Assembly (NCBI RefSeq): GCF_001194135.2
Contig: NC_068996.1
Coordinates: 49,474,577 to 49,538,576 of the forward strand
Length of the DNA: 64,000 nucleotides
From: Octopus bimaculoides
Taxonomy: Eukaryota
Direction of reading: 5' to 3'
Part shown: positions 23,974 to 37,681 of the stretch, in pieces
Layout of the letters: the number at the start of each line of letters is the position of its first letter
How positions within the stretch are numbered: the stretch's first letter is position 1
Translations under genes and position numbers: made by a program
Notes under the pieces: generated by a model
The model's database searches: none
What the model saw: only the letters and a program-made list of their open reading frames with translations
What the model was told of the DNA's origin: nothing

Positions 23974-26244
23974 GTGCGTTACCTGTGTAAACCTTGTCTT
24001 ACATTTTTTCTACCTGTTTCACTCATGATGGAATATCAATTTGAAGGATTTAGTTAAATAAACTGACTCTAGTTACTTTATTTATTTAAGTCTCGTACTT
24101 ATTATACCAGTTTCTTTTGCTGAAATCATTACATTTCAGGGACGTAAGCAAACCAACTCTGGCAGAAACGTTAGCACGCCGGGCGAAATGCTTAGCGGTA
24201 TTTCGTCTGTCTTTATGTTCTGAGTTCAAATTCCGCCGAGGTCGACTTTGCCTTTCATCTTTTCGGGGTCGATAAATTAAGTACCAGTTATGCACTAGGG
24301 ACAATGTAATCGACTTAATCCCTTTGTCTGTCCTTGTTTAGCCCCTTGTGGGCAATAAAGAAATAAGAAACACCATCGCTTGACAACTGGTGTTAGTGTG
24401 TTTGCATCCCCATAACCTAGCAGTTCAGCAAAAGAAACTGATAGAATAAGTACTAGGCCGAACACCAGCTTAATAACAGCAGTTATTTTACTAAATTCCT
24501 CATTTTTTTTTACTAAATTCTTCATTATTTTCACGACTAATTGAAACAAAGGTTGTGTATTCCAACACAAACACAGTTTGCTTAACAAAAAACCCTTCAA
24601 GGCAGTGCCCCCGCATGGCCGCAGTCTAATAACTAAAAGATAGAAGATAAAGTTGGGGCCGTATTGTATTGTTTTCTGAGGGTCGCACTGGTTCTGTTTC
24701 ATTTTGTTTTAATACTATTAGTCAACTAGTTAACTATCATATTGGATGACACCGTATTTTTTTTTTGTTTCTTTTTTAAATGTCTCAAAAAAATCTTCAA
24801 TACATTGAAAATCATGTTCAAAATTATAGCTATGTAATATTCAAAGTCACAGCTATGTTAAATGCTATAAATGCACTGAAACCATTTTTCTCTTGAATTG
24901 GGCTGCATCTAATATGCATATGAGTCTTTTGTGCCATTCAGATATGGTAATGGTAATTAATCAATTGCTTGATTAGTCATTTGATCCATCAATCACTTAG
25001 TTGATTGATCTAGTGATAAGTCAAACACTTGTTTAAAAAAGGTTGGGGGGACACACACACACGCGTATATGACGTGATTCTTTCAGTTTCCGTCTAGCAA
25101 ACCCACTCAAAAGGCTTTGGTCAGCCCTGGGCTACAGTAGAAGACACTTGCTTAAGATACCACACAGTGGGACTGAACACAAGATCATGTGGTTGGGAAG
25201 CAAATTTCTTAACTACACAACCACTCCTGCGTCCATAAATGCTTTGTTTGAAAAAAAAAAACGAAAGTGTATAAAAGAAATACAACTGCACAATGATAAA
25301 ACAAATTGTTGATGTTTTCCTTCTCTTTTGCAATAAAAGAGATAATATTTAATTTAATTATTAATAATGGATAATACAAACTGGATTAGAAATACTACCC
25401 TTATATAAAAGGCCAGTCTTCGGGTACATCTGCGTACTTCTAAATAATAAATTGTTCAAGGGAAATAACTACGTGCTTCCTAAATCGAGAAGTTTTCAGT
25501 ACAATTGTTATTTCATACCAAATTATATTTGAAATATCCTATTTGCACTGTTTGAGCAAGGATTCGTATAAAAATTACCAATTTTGTAAAGCTTAGAGCT
25601 TTAGCTTTGGTTGTATGCGTGTAGATTCTGCCAGCTCGCTTCCTTAATAATAATAGTGATAATAATAAAAGAATACAGGAGTCATTTCAACTTAACAATA
25701 GAGTAGTTTTAGGGATAATTAACAATTATTTAAATATTACATTAACTAGCTGTCTCTTGTGTACTTGCCAAAATACTTGAAAAGATATTTAGTCATTTTG
25801 TTATTATTATTTTTTTTTGTATGTGTGTGTGTGTGTATTTTGTCTTTTCCTCTCTATTCAATAATTTCTAATTATTTTTCAATACTGTTTCGTTTTTGTA
25901 TTTTGCTTAAGATGTTTGTTGTGAACTCGAGTGTTGAAACAAACTTTGCTGTGTCTTGGGAGGGTCATTATGCCAATGATAAATACATGCACTGGTTGCA
26001 TATTACTTTATATTTTATTTGTCATTTGATTAATTAACCAATTAACTCAGATGTCACTGAGTTCCATTTTTTATCATCATCATCATCATCATCATTATTA
26101 TATTTCACATTCTAGGGTCCAAATGCTACCAAGGTCGACTTTGATTTTCATCCTAAATAAGTACCAGTTGAGTACTGGGGATCAATGGAATCGACTTATC
26201 CCGTACCCACCAAAATTTCAGGCCTTGTGTCTAAAGAAGAAAGG

Positions 26245-26293
<49 letters not shown>

Positions 26294-27957
26294 GCGCCAT
26301 TTAGTCCGTCCATATGTTCTGAGCTCAACTTCCGCTGAAGTCGACTTTGCCTTTCATCCCATCAGGGTCGATAAAATAAGTACCAGTGAAACACTGGAGT
26401 TGATGTAATCGACTAGTCCCCTCCCCACAAAATTTCAGGCCTTGTGTCTTTAGTAAAAGGATTATTATTATTATTTAAACATAGACATGTGGCTGAGAAG
26501 CTGTTTTCATCCACAAATATGTGTAACCGTGTGTGTGTACAGGGGTGTGGGCCTCACAGCTTGACAATCGATATTGGTTTGTTTATCATCATCCGCTTTA
26601 ACGTCCGCTTTCCATGCTGGCATGGGTTGGACGGTTTGACTGAGGACTGGCAAGGCGGGAGGCTGCACCAGACTCCAGTCTGATCAGGCAAGGTTTCTAC
26701 AGCTGGATGCCCTTCCTAACGCCAACCACTCCGAGACTGCTTTTTACGTACCACTGGCATGGGGGCCAGTCAGGTAACACTGGCATCGATCACACACGAA
26801 TGGTGCGTTTTACGTGCCACCGGAACGGGACCAGTCAGGTGGCGTCTCTATAAATTCACAGTTAGACAAAAGGTATCCAAATAGATAAGCCCCAGACTTA
26901 AAATTAGTGTTGGTGTCCATTTTAACTTGATCTTTCCAAACAGTGCTACAACATGGCCACAACCCAGTGACTGAAACAAGTAAACAAATAAAAGAATCCA
27001 NNNNNNNNNNNNNNNNNNNNNNNNNNNNNNNNNNNNNNNNNNNNNNNNNNNNNNNNNNNNNNNNNNNNNNNNNNNNNNNNNNNNNNNNNNNNNNNNNNNN
27101 NNNNNNNNNNNNNNNNNNNNNNNNNNNNNNNNNNNNNNNNNNNNNNNNNNNNNNNNNNNNNNNNNNNNNNNNNNNNNNNNNNNNNNNNNNNNNNNNNNNN
27201 NNNNNNNNNNNNNNNNNNNNNNNNNNNNNNNNNNNNNNNNNNNNNNNNNNNNNNNNNNNNNNNNNNNNNNNNNNNNNNNNNNNNNNNNNNNNNNNNNNNN
27301 NNNNNNNNNNNNNNNNNNNNNNNNNNNNNNNNNNNNNNNNNNNNNNNNNNNNNNNNNNNNNNNNNNNNNNNNNNNNNNNNNNNNNNNNNNNNNNNNNNNN
27401 NNNNNNNNNNNNNNNNNNNNNNNNNNNNNNNNNNNNNNNNNNNNNNNNNNNNNNNNNNNNNNNNNNNNNNNNNNNNNNGGGTTGATATAATCAACTAGCC
27501 CCCTTCCCCCAAATTTTCAAGGCCTTGTGCCTAGAATAGAAATAATATTATTCGGAATCAAAAAAAAAAAATTGGCGAAACATTTTGTGGATTGTAGAAT
27601 TATAACCAGTTTATTGCAGATAAATTTTATAAACCAAATCTTATATGGACCGCTAAGGGTCGCGTTGGACCTCAGATGAGACCTACTGCTCTAGCCCTTT
27701 GCTGCCTGCACCCTGCTCTGTTGGAAGAATTTAGACCAGGTCTCTGGCCTGAAGATAACTTTATTCTCATTCTCCCCACACACACACACTTTCAACTCCC
27801 TCCCTCCTACTACTCTTGATTTTTTAAAATAAATTTCTTTTAATTGCTTAAAAAAATTCTCAGTCACCAAGTAGTACTTTCCCTTTGACTGTGAGTCTTA
27901 CTAAAGCATGGCATTTATGCCCAGTTGTGGCCAGAGATGGCTATTTATGGTAACTAG

Positions 27958-28445
27958 TTGACAAGGAGTGGCTGTGTGGTAAGAAGTTTACTTCCCAACT
28001 ACATGGTTCCGAGTTCAGCCCCACTGTGTGACACCTTCGGCAAGTGTCTACTACAATAGCATTGTGAGTGGATTTGGTACATAGAAACTGAAAGAAGCCC
28101 GTATGTGTGTGTTTTTGTGTATGTGTGTCTCTTTGTGTCTGTGTTTGTGTGTCTTTGAATATGTGTCTCTTTGTGTGTCTGTGTGTGTGTGTCTGTATTT
28201 GTGTATGTGTCTGTGTTTGTGTAAGTCTGTGTGTGTGTGTGTGTTCGAACCCAACTACCACTTGACAACCGGTGTTGGTGTGTTTACGTCCCCCGTAACT
28301 TAGTGGTTCAGTAACATACACTGATAGCATAAGTACTTGGCTTTAAAAAAATGTATTGGGGTCAATTCAATCAACTAAAATTCCTCAAAGCAGAGCTCCA
28401 GCATGGCCACAGTCAAATGACCGAAACAAGGAAAAAGATAGATGA
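27958..28445 (+). mobile_element. SINE family A with an expanded TG-rich centre
   Basis: Head and tail match; the centre is ~160 bp of degenerate (TG)n. Confidence 0.8.
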
Positions 28446-28624
28446 AAAAAAAAGAAGAGTTATATAGAGAAACAATAGGTGACCTGCGGTTTTATGGTAC
28501 TTGCATGTGTCCATACAATAATATAACATGCACGCCTGAAAACGTTAATAAGCCACACTTCATTGCATAATCTGTCGTGTGTGAACATCTTATGTATCTC
28601 CTGTAGATCTGTAGTTTCTTCCAG

Positions 28625-28656
28625 CATAACAGGCACGGTGACTGCACACAAGCAGG
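28625..28656 (+). CDS. Candidate 32-bp micro-exon
   Basis: gtagtttcttccag|CATAAC...AAGCAGG|gtgaat; the frame ITGTVTAHKQ ends in phase 1. Splice signals are the only support. Confidence 0.2.
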
Positions 28657-30029
28657 GTGAATCACCTCTTGCTTTGCAGTCAGTAGTTAACTGAGCAGTT
28701 ATCTAGATAAAAGAAAATAAATAGCACAAAAATATAAATTACGTCTCTTCCTCGCATCTGACAACACAAAACACATTTGAGGGTTTTTTTAAAAAAAAGG
28801 AGGCGGTGGGGAGAGAGTGACAAACACATTCAGTTAGTTACAAAGTGTATCACTAGCTGTCTTTGTGGTTTTGAAGTGCTACATCAAATTCGTGTGGTCG
28901 TTAAGCTAGCTTTGCAACATATGAATATACATGGTAAAGATTCATTCAATCATAATGCTAGCAGTTTGAAAAGAATGAAATATGGACAACATATTAACTG
29001 ACACAAATGAGAAGCTAGCTTATGTATAATATATGTATGCACTCGCGTGAATTAGTTAAACGTACTGTAACGATATTTAAACATTTTGATTGGTTATTAC
29101 AGCCGGAATAGTTCAATTAATTATATACCAGAGTGTTTATAGACACAGACATGGGTATTGTTTTTCATTCCTTTTTGTGGGGTTATTTTTTGTTATTATT
29201 TTTTTTTTTTGTAAAAAAAAGACTAGACTTTGTTTTTATTGGCAACATATTTCACAGGATGAAAAGAAAGAAAAAAAACATTAGTATAAAACAAAATTAC
29301 CAAGAAAAAACAACCCCCATAACTACCTCACCAAAGAAACAAACAAAAAAAAGAACAGGGTGGGGATTAAGCAACAGAAGATGAGGCGGGGGCAGGGAAT
29401 AATGGATTGTACATCCCTAAATAAATGGCGTGTTTAGCCGTGTCTTGCAGACATGATTGCAAAGGTGTTACCATGAAAAATGGCCAGCAACACTCTCTCC
29501 AGCAGTCATTCCACTTTGTGGAGCTTATTTCTCACACAGGCCATAGTTATCCTGATTTTGTGGAGGAAATCGGCAGTGCAGGGTCTGAGAACTTGACAAT
29601 GACCAAACACAAACTGATTATGTTCTTGTATTTGTGTATTTTTCTCTCTTCTGCGTTACGAGCTGCAATACTTGACTTATATTTCAAAGAAATTCCATAG
29701 CTTTCTCTCATCATACTTTTGTCTACTAAACTACTGTACTATTTTATAAACCCTATAATTCACAATGGATTCTTCCAGCAAGAGAAACATCAATATAACA
29801 AAACTAATTGAAGGGTAGAGAGCTGGCGGAATCATTAGCACGCCGGACAAAATTCTTACTGATATTTCAATCATCTTCATGTTCTGAGTTTAAATTCCAC
29901 CGAGGTCAACTTTGTCTTTCATCCCTTTCGGGGGTCAATAAAATAAGTACAGTTGAGTACTGGGCTCGATACAATCAACTTGCCTGCTCCCCAAAATTGC
30001 TGGCCTCGTGCCAAAATTTGAAATCATTA

Positions 30030-30387
30030 TTATTATAAAGCGAAAGTGGAGGTATTGTTTTCAGTTGTGTTTGTTTGTCCGTGGACAAGATATCTCCAGA
30101 ACCACTGGATGGATTTGGATGAAACTTTCAGGGATGTTTGGCCTCATGATTGGCATGAACTGATTAGATTTTGAGATCGATCTGGTACCGGACAAGGATT
30201 CTGGATTATTTTTTGAGTTTTTTCACTCAATTTTTGAGAGCGGTCGGGTTCATTTTTAGTATTCTCGTTTGTGAGAGCGTTCGAGTTTATTTCAGATATT
30301 CTCATTTTAAAAATCATCTCTGGCTAATCGTTGAGAGGACATAGGTGTTGCCTTGGTGGAGGTTTGCGCTCTCTGAGTGCTCATGTT
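30030..30387 (+). mobile_element. Non-autonomous Helitron/Helentron-like element
   Basis: 5' GGAGGTATTGTTTTC...GTTTGTTTGTCC...GGATGGATTTGGATGAAACTTTCAGG and 3' CCTTGGTGGAGGTTTGCGCTCTCTGAGTGCTC (subterminal motif plus GCGCTC/GAGTGC hairpin). This layout resembles Helentron-derived repeats, recalled from memory. Confidence 0.5.
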
Positions 30388-32122
30388 ATTATTATTGTTA
30401 AGGTCACGAGCAGGCAGAATTGTTAGCAGACTGCACGAAATGTCTAGTAGTATTTTGCCCATCACCATGTTGTGAGTTCAAACTTCGCTAAGGTCAATTT
30501 TGCCTTTCATCTTTTCAGTACCAGTGAAGGCTTTGTGCCTATAGTAAAATGGTTTATTATTGTTAAGACGGTGAGCTGATAGGAACATTAGCATGTCAGG
30601 TAAAATACTTAGTGGCATTTTGTTCAGCTTTACCTTTTGAGTTCAAATTCTGCCAAAATCAACATTTGCTTTCATCCTTTCAGGGTTAATAAAATAGGTA
30701 CCAGTTGAGTACTGGGTTGATGTAACCAACTTACATCCTCCCCTGAACTTGCTGGCTTTGTGTCAGGACTTGTAACAAGTATTATTATCAGTATTATAAT
30801 TGAGTGAGAGAGCAGTGCATGCCATCAGTGTGACACTGGGGTAAAATATACGAAGCCCATTATACCCATCATGACTACCCCTCTGATAAGAGTACACCAG
30901 GCACATGCATCACAAGCATATGTGCATGACATGGTGATCTCATATCAAGATAAACAGTGCATGACCTTGCAAGTGGGGCCCACTTAGAACTTTCTTCATG
31001 TTGAGTAGGCCATCCTGCTCAAAAAGTCCCTGAATAAGGTTTGTTTCAGGATGTTGAGCAAAACACCCATATTTCCAAAGGTGAATTATTCGAACTCCAA
31101 AGAATTCCTCTCAACACATGTCTATGATGCTCCCCCACCACTTCTGCTCGTGATCAGAGATGCACATATCGTCAGCCACCAAGGGACATGCTCAACTGGT
31201 TAAGGTCAAACAACTGACAAGCAAATCTGTGGTATTGAGCAAAATATTTGCTGTAGCCCATCTTTTATACCAAGACAAAACAATGTACATGATAACACTT
31301 CCAATCAATTAAGATCAGAAGCCATGAGAGCCACTGCCTGGTACTGCATCAGGGCATTTTCTTCTTCTTCTTCTTCCAATTCTTATTATTATTATCATCA
31401 TCATCATCATCATCATCATCATTATTATTATTTAGGCAGTGAGGTGGCAGAGTCATTATCATGCTGTGGGAAAATGCTTAGCAGCATTTCATCTATCATT
31501 ACATTCCTAGTTCAAATTCTGCCATGGTCAACTTTGCCTTTCATCCTTTCAGGATTAATAAAATAAATACCAAATGAGCACTGGACTCAATGCAGTTGAC
31601 ATACCTGCTTCTTCCCCAAAATACCAGCCTTGTACCAAAATTTGAAATCAATATAATATCACTGGTTACTTGCTGTACAAACTGATTGCAATTCTGTATT
31701 TGGCAATGAGTCTGTAAAGCATGATAGTTTTCATGTGACAAACATGGTGAACTTACCAGCAAGCTACTGGCTTTTTTCTGGAATTTATTGCAGAAATATA
31801 ACTGCCATACAATACAAATTAGTGCTATGGTCATCATCAGGTCTATAGTTAATCTTAAAATTCTTCATTTCAAGCTGGGAATTATCACTAAAGTTGGAAA
31901 ACCATTTTCTACAGGTAAAACCTTATTAAAATTAAGTATTTCAGCTTTTATGGAAACTTTTTGAAACCAAGATTATGCGTCAGTATGTAACCTTCTACTG
32001 AATAAGTAATATAATTTGTAGCCACATGGATTAAATGCCATTTAATGTTAAGGTTCAACAGGTTAATAAACATTGTAGCAGATATCTTTCTGTTCAATTT
32101 GATGAATTTACCGATATTAGCA

Positions 32123-32500
32123 GTCATCATCATCATCATCATCGTTTAACGTCCGCTTTCCATGCTAGCATGGGTTGGACGATTTGACTGAGGACTGGTG
32201 AAACTGGATGGCAACACCAGGCTCCAGTCTGATTTGGCAGAGTTTCTACAGCTGGATGCCCTTCCTAACGCCAACCACTCAGAGAGTGTAGTGGGTGCTT
32301 TTACGTGTCACCCGCACGAAAACGGCCACGCTCGAAATGGTGTCTTTTATGTGCCACCCGCACAAGCCAGTCCAGGGGCACTGGCAACGATCTCGCTCGA
32401 AAATCCTACAGGAGCCAGTCAGGCGGTACTGGCAACGGCCACGCTCAAAATGGTGCATCTCATGTGCCACCCGCACAAGAACCAGTCCAGGGGCACTAGT
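32123..32500 (-). mobile_element. RTE LINE 3' UTR fragment with tandem subrepeats
   Basis: (CAT)nCGTTTAACGTCCGCTTTCCATGCTAGCATGGG terminus plus repeated GCCAGTC...CTGGCAACG...GCTCGAAATGGTG units. Related fragments lie at ~14570-14705, 26585-26850, 43555-43990, 44598-44860, 53850-54100 and 60270-60505. Confidence 0.85.
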
Positions 32501-33219
32501 GAATCACATTATTCATGCATACATCTGATGTGTGAATGATGGCGAACTAGTTGAAGAGATGTTGTTTTGTGATAAAAAATCTAGTAACAATGGTGTTTGC
32601 AATGAACATCTCTGAAATATTATTCAAGAAATAAATGTAACATGGATCCAAATGGTTAAGAATTTCATTTTGCAACCATGAGGTTCCAGGTTTGATTCTA
32701 CTGAGATTTGGGCAAGTGCCTTTTAACATTACTTTGGATCAGCCCAAGCCTTGTGAGCAACCTTGGGTAGATGGAAACTGTACTGAAGCTTAATGAATGG
32801 ATTCTTGTAACTGTAATTTAAAAATACAGCCATGTCACACACTTTTTCACATTGATTCTGCCTGAGTATAACTTTAAGAATACACATATCTATGGTATAC
32901 TCAACCACTTATGTGAGCAAGTGATTCAGTTGATCAAAGAGCTAAAGTGTTTGGTGTTTGGAGCATAAATTCACATGAAATTTTGATGGAAGAAAGGTTT
33001 AATTTAGATCACTTTAAAACCAAAAGTTTATATAATAAAACCAGGGACAGTCTCAAGTTGGGTTGGTATCAAAAGGGTGAAACTGTACCCCAAAGACCAG
33101 CCTTCCTCTACAGGACCAATGTTGATGCTTACATACACAAACATCCTAAACCAGCAATTCTCAACCATGGCTCCCAGGGCCACATGCAACCCTCAAGCAT
33201 CTTTCTGAAGATCTTCCCT

Positions 33220-33665
33220 CATCATCATCATCATCATTGTTTAATGTACACTTCCCATGCTGGCATGGGTTGGACAGTTTGACATGGAGCTGTTCAGACT
33301 CCAACTGTCTGTTGTGGCTTGGTTTCTATGGCTGGATGCTGCCCTTCCTAATGCCAACCACTTTACAGAGTGTGCTGGGTGCTTCTTATGTGCCACTGGC
33401 ACCTGAAAGGACAAGCCTGTATGTGTGGAAAACAGGGATTTTACTTAGCTTGATGTGTCTTATCAAATACTGCAAATAACCACATCTCCTGGTCCCCTGT
33501 CATACCCTCTGTGAGGCCCAACATCCGAAGATCCTTTCTCACCACTTCATCCCAAGTCTTCCTGGGTCTACCCCTTTCAGACATACACTCTACTTCTTTG
33601 CACAGCTGTCCTCATTCATATGCATCACATGACCAAACCAACAGTCTTCTCTCTTGCACACAAAT
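33220..33665 (-). mobile_element. RTE-type LINE 3' fragment including the ORF end
   Basis: Minus translation GRPRKTWDEVVRKDLRMLGLTEGMTGDQEMW, followed by the 3' UTR and a (GAT)n tail. Confidence 0.8.
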
Positions 33666-33947
33666 ATTTTTCTTTGATGAACTTGTTTTCTACTTTTTTT
33701 TGATGTGGCTCTCTAAAAAAAACCAGGTTTGGGATCTGGCCTAGATATTAAAAATAATAATGAACTTATTGTATACAGTGCTCAGGTGCATTAAAATTCA
33801 TTAGAAAAAGTAAGCGAAACTACATGCACTGCACATGAATTATGCACAGGAAGTGAACTGTGAAAAAGTTTTCAAAAGTAAAAAAAAATCAGAGGTGGGG
33901 GGCATGAGGTGTACTGTTGGCAAATTTCAGGAAGCAGTGTCCTGACA

Positions 33948-34213
33948 GTGGAGGTGCAATGGCCCAGTGGTTAGGGCAGTGGACTCGCGGTCGTAGGATC
34001 ACGGCTTCAATTCCCTGCCGTACTCTTTCACCACAACTTTCTCTTACTCTTTCTTCCTGTTTCTGTTGTGCCTGTAATTCAAAGGCCAGCCTTGTCACAC
34101 TCCACATGTCTGTGGAGTGCTCAGCCACTTGCACGTTAATTTCACGAGCAGGCTGTTCCGTTGATCGGATCAACTGGAACCCTCATCGTTATAAACGACG
34201 GAGTGCCACAAAA
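33948..34213 (+). mobile_element. SINE family C with internal deletions
   Basis: Same head and tail as 34840-35222; 12-bp TSD AGTGTCCTGACA (33936-33947 / 34214-34225). Confidence 0.9.
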
Positions 34214-34225
34214 AGTGTCCTGACA

Positions 34226-34700
34226 ACTAACAGCCAATGTGGATAGTTTATTCCATGCTTCAGCAATTCTGAGTGTGAAAAAATATTTCTTTGTTGTCTT
34301 TTTTAAAATTTTTGTAAGCATGTCAACAAGTATTAGACATATAGAATTCAAAAAGGTGCCCAATGTTATTATTGGAAACATGGTGGATAATCTTGTGGTT
34401 GTCCACTAAGTTAGTTGCCAGACATCAGGGCTTTAATGAGTCCATGCACAGGGAAGCAAGACATTCAGAGCATGGTAGATACCTGATGGCAGGTAATCTT
34501 ATGGATGCACATATCTGAAGGTTTTGATAATCATTGTCCTAGACTGTATCCAAAAGAAAACCATCTGGTTGACTGGCAAAAACTCACTTGCTAACAGTCC
34601 AATACTTCCTACCCATGGATATACTGTCACCTATCACTCTCCTATTTTATCAGGTGTTAGTCTAGCATGCAGTCTACTGCAGTATCTGTAATCTATGCTG
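34226..34700 (-). mobile_element. CR1-like LINE 3' remnant
   Basis: Minus translation KYFFTLRIAEAWNKLSTLAVSCQDT resembles the CR1 C-terminal FFSxRVVxxWNxLP motif. It is interrupted by the SINE at 33948-34213. Confidence 0.65.
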
Positions 34701-34839
34701 TGTGAAATGATCTGATCTGGGTTCAAATTCAGTGTAGGGTTACAGTTATAGTTAGACTGCACAAAAAAAAAAGTTGTAGATAGATAGATAGACCACATGC
34801 TAAGTGGCACCATTTACTACAATGGTCTATACTCCTGTG

Positions 34840-35222
34840 TGGAGGCGCAATAGCCCAGTGGTTAGGGCAGCGGATTCGCGGTCATAGGATCGCGGTTTCG
34901 ATTCCCAGACCGGGCTTTGTGAGTGTTTATTGAGCGAAAACACCTAAAGCTCCACGAGGCTCTGGCAGGGGATGGTGGCGAACCCTGCTGTACTCTTTCA
35001 CCAAAAACTTTCTCTCACTCTTACTTCCTGTTTCTGTTGTACCTGTAATTCAAAGGGTCAGCCTTGTCACACTGTGTCACGCTGAATATCTCCGAGAACT
35101 ACGTTAAGGGTACACGTGTCTGTGGAGTGCTCAGCCACTTGCACGTTAATTTCACGAGCAGGCTGTTCCGTTGATCTGATCAACTGGAACCCTCGACGTC
35201 GTAAACGACGGAATGCCAACAA
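34840..35222 (+). mobile_element. tRNA-derived SINE family C, full length
   Basis: tRNA-like head with A box (TAGCCCAGTGG) and B box (GTTTCGATTCC), (AAC)n tail, and a 13-bp TSD CTATACTCCTGTG (34827-34839 / 35223-35235). Confidence 0.9.
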
Positions 35223-36299
35223 CTATACTCCTGTGAACTGACTAGTTGATACCACATCCTGGTACCTTGGACTCTTTTAGCAGAGTCCACTCTCTTGCAA
35301 ATAATTCAGTTAGTAGCATGGTAGTATTAACTGATATTATTCTGTCTAATTTTGTTGTCCTCTCTGTTATAATAATGTATTTTAATAGCTTCTTGTCGTA
35401 AATGTACGGTCAACCAACTAGAAAGTATCATATTTATGTGTCTGATACAAACAAAAAAGTATTAATTGTCGATAACACCAACATTCTATGATGATTTGAC
35501 TATTGGAGCGTTGTTAATAGCAATATGGAAACCAAAAGCGAATACAAAGCAATACAGAATGAGTGAAATAAACAATGAAACGATTAACCAAGCGTTAATC
35601 GTTTAAGCGCTTTTAAAAACGGCAGTGACAATTTGTACATCATTTCCATGACCTTTTGCTGTCTACTACAAAACAACACACCACTAATCATCACCTCGAT
35701 CAGAAGATGAGACCAAGAAAGACTTGGAAAGGAGCATGGAATTAGGAACATTTATGTTCTATGCTAAATATTAACATTTAGGAAATATGCGAAATCTTTC
35801 AATAGAAAATAATTAAACTTCGTATTTTCAATATAACAACACATACACGTACGCACGCGCACACGCACGTATGTACATCCCTATAGAATAGAATCGGAAA
35901 TTATCTACTGCTCAGAAACCATAATTTCTTTCGATTTGCACGTTTTAAGTAGCGTAGATTACGATTTTGCAAAACGAAAAAAGTCGATATTGAAAAATTA
36001 CATAAAAGGTTTTTTTTTTTAAAGTCTTTACGATCTTCAAACATGCAGATCAGAAGAAATTAAGGGCTTAAGCGCATTTGACAATTTCCGACTCTATTCT
36101 ATAGGAATACAGAGAGAGAGAGAGTGTGTAGAGTAGAAGTGTGAGTAGCTAGATGTATGGACACTTGTTATCGTTTACGTAGTGAGAGTGTATATGCGCA
36201 TGTGTACAAATAAATATAGATAGAAACGTGTGTGTGTATACATCATGTGTGTTTGCGCTTATATATGTATGTATGTGCGTATGCGTGACTGCATTTAAT

Positions 36300-36410
36300 T
36301 TTATATAGCCTCGGTGTATAAAATCGGAGTAACGATTATGTTATTTCTACCTAAATTTGCTAGACTAATCAGTTTATAGTAAATAAGATCGTAATAGTTT
36401 TTGGTAAGTC
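36300..36410 (+). promoter_or_regulatory. Possible promoter or first non-coding exon upstream of the 37682 exon
   Basis: TATAAAA at 36317, TCAGTT at 36369 and donor TTG|gtaagt at 36404, within a TE-poor stretch with retained CpGs (~35.4-37.7 kb). The TATA-Inr spacing is non-canonical. Confidence 0.2.
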
Positions 36411-36896
36411 ACTTCATAGAAGAGAGAAAGAGAGTAAGAGTCTAACGAAGTTGTTGTTTTTGGTTTGTTTGTTTGTTTTTTTCTCCTTTTTATTTATTTA
36501 TTAGAGTTTTTAAAGAAGTAGGTCACATCACATAGCTGAGTTTACTACTTTTATGCCTGCTTATATTTGCTTTTCAGTAACAACAAAATAGGGAAAATAT
36601 TACACGAAACTTTTCTCATTATTATTTACATTTGTTTTACGTAATATAACACACACACACACACGCCCTTATATACAATCGCGCACATGCACCTATTAAT
36701 GCATGCATATACATCCGATGCGTGCGATTTTGTACAGTAACGCATTCCTTTTTTAATATAAAAATAACTTTATCTGAAATAACACTTTGCAAATCTTGGC
36801 CACTGTGTGTGTGTGTTTCATTATTGGAATTATGGTAAATATTTGTTTTTGTTTATTTTTTTCTATTCTCAACACATTTGTTTACCCTCACGTGTG

Positions 36897-36942
<46 letters not shown>

Positions 36943-37681
36943 AATCAGGTGAGACTGGCTCGATCAAAATTGTAGATATATATATATATGTATATGTGTG
37001 TATATGCTTGCATGTCGTATGTCTTAATTTGAGATATTGTAGTTTTCTCTCTTTGTAACTATGAAAACAAAAATAGAAAGTTTCTAAATTGATTGGGGCC
37101 AAAAAATACCCCCCAAAACACGAAAGTAACCTTGTTTTTTTTTATGATAAAACTTCTGGAGCAAATATAAAAAAAAAGAGATGAGAAGGAAAAAAAAACA
37201 CGTAGAAACGAAAGATAAATTCGACACAGCTCTGTCCAGGAAGTAATTAAACATTTTTTTTTTTTGTAAAAAAAGACTGTCTAGTTACCGCAAAATGTAT
37301 AGTTTTGCAACAGTTTATTTGTCTAACTTAGAAAGGTTTAACTGAATAATCGTAAATAATAAGTAAAAGGAATGTTTCTGGACAAAACTTACTGGTGAAG
37401 CGGTTTTCTCTTACTTAAGTCGAGTATGTTTTTCCTTGGCACATTCCTGTTTGCATTTTTGGATTTGTAATCTCCTTTTAAACTTTTTTTTTCGGTTTTT
37501 GTGTTTGATTTTATTCTTACAAGACCATATCTGTGCTTGTGCGTATGTATGCATATATATATTATATAGATATAGATATATACGCGTGTATGAAGACGAA
37601 TTGATGTATATAAATTTCTTGCACTTTAAAAGTTTTTACTTCCGACAGCAGTTAAACTTCCTTTTTTTTTTTCTAATCTAG

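Noticed and set aside
25400-25445. TATATAAAAGG TATA-like box
   Set aside because: Isolated motif in AT-rich DNA with no supporting downstream gene structure.
25911-26037. Candidate exon MFVVNSSVETNFAVSWEG
   Set aside because: The acceptor is good, but the only phase-compatible donor (GTCATT) is weak and there is no homology.
29425-29700. 91-aa ORF in unique sequence
   Set aside because: No recognisable motif or convincing splice boundaries in any frame.
30790-31350. Sequence resembling a common octopus interspersed repeat
   Set aside because: Single copy here, with no ORF, TIR or TSD, so it cannot be classified from this window.
34840-34915. tRNA gene
   Set aside because: It is the tRNA-like head of a SINE, with a body, tail and TSD, and no closed acceptor stem.
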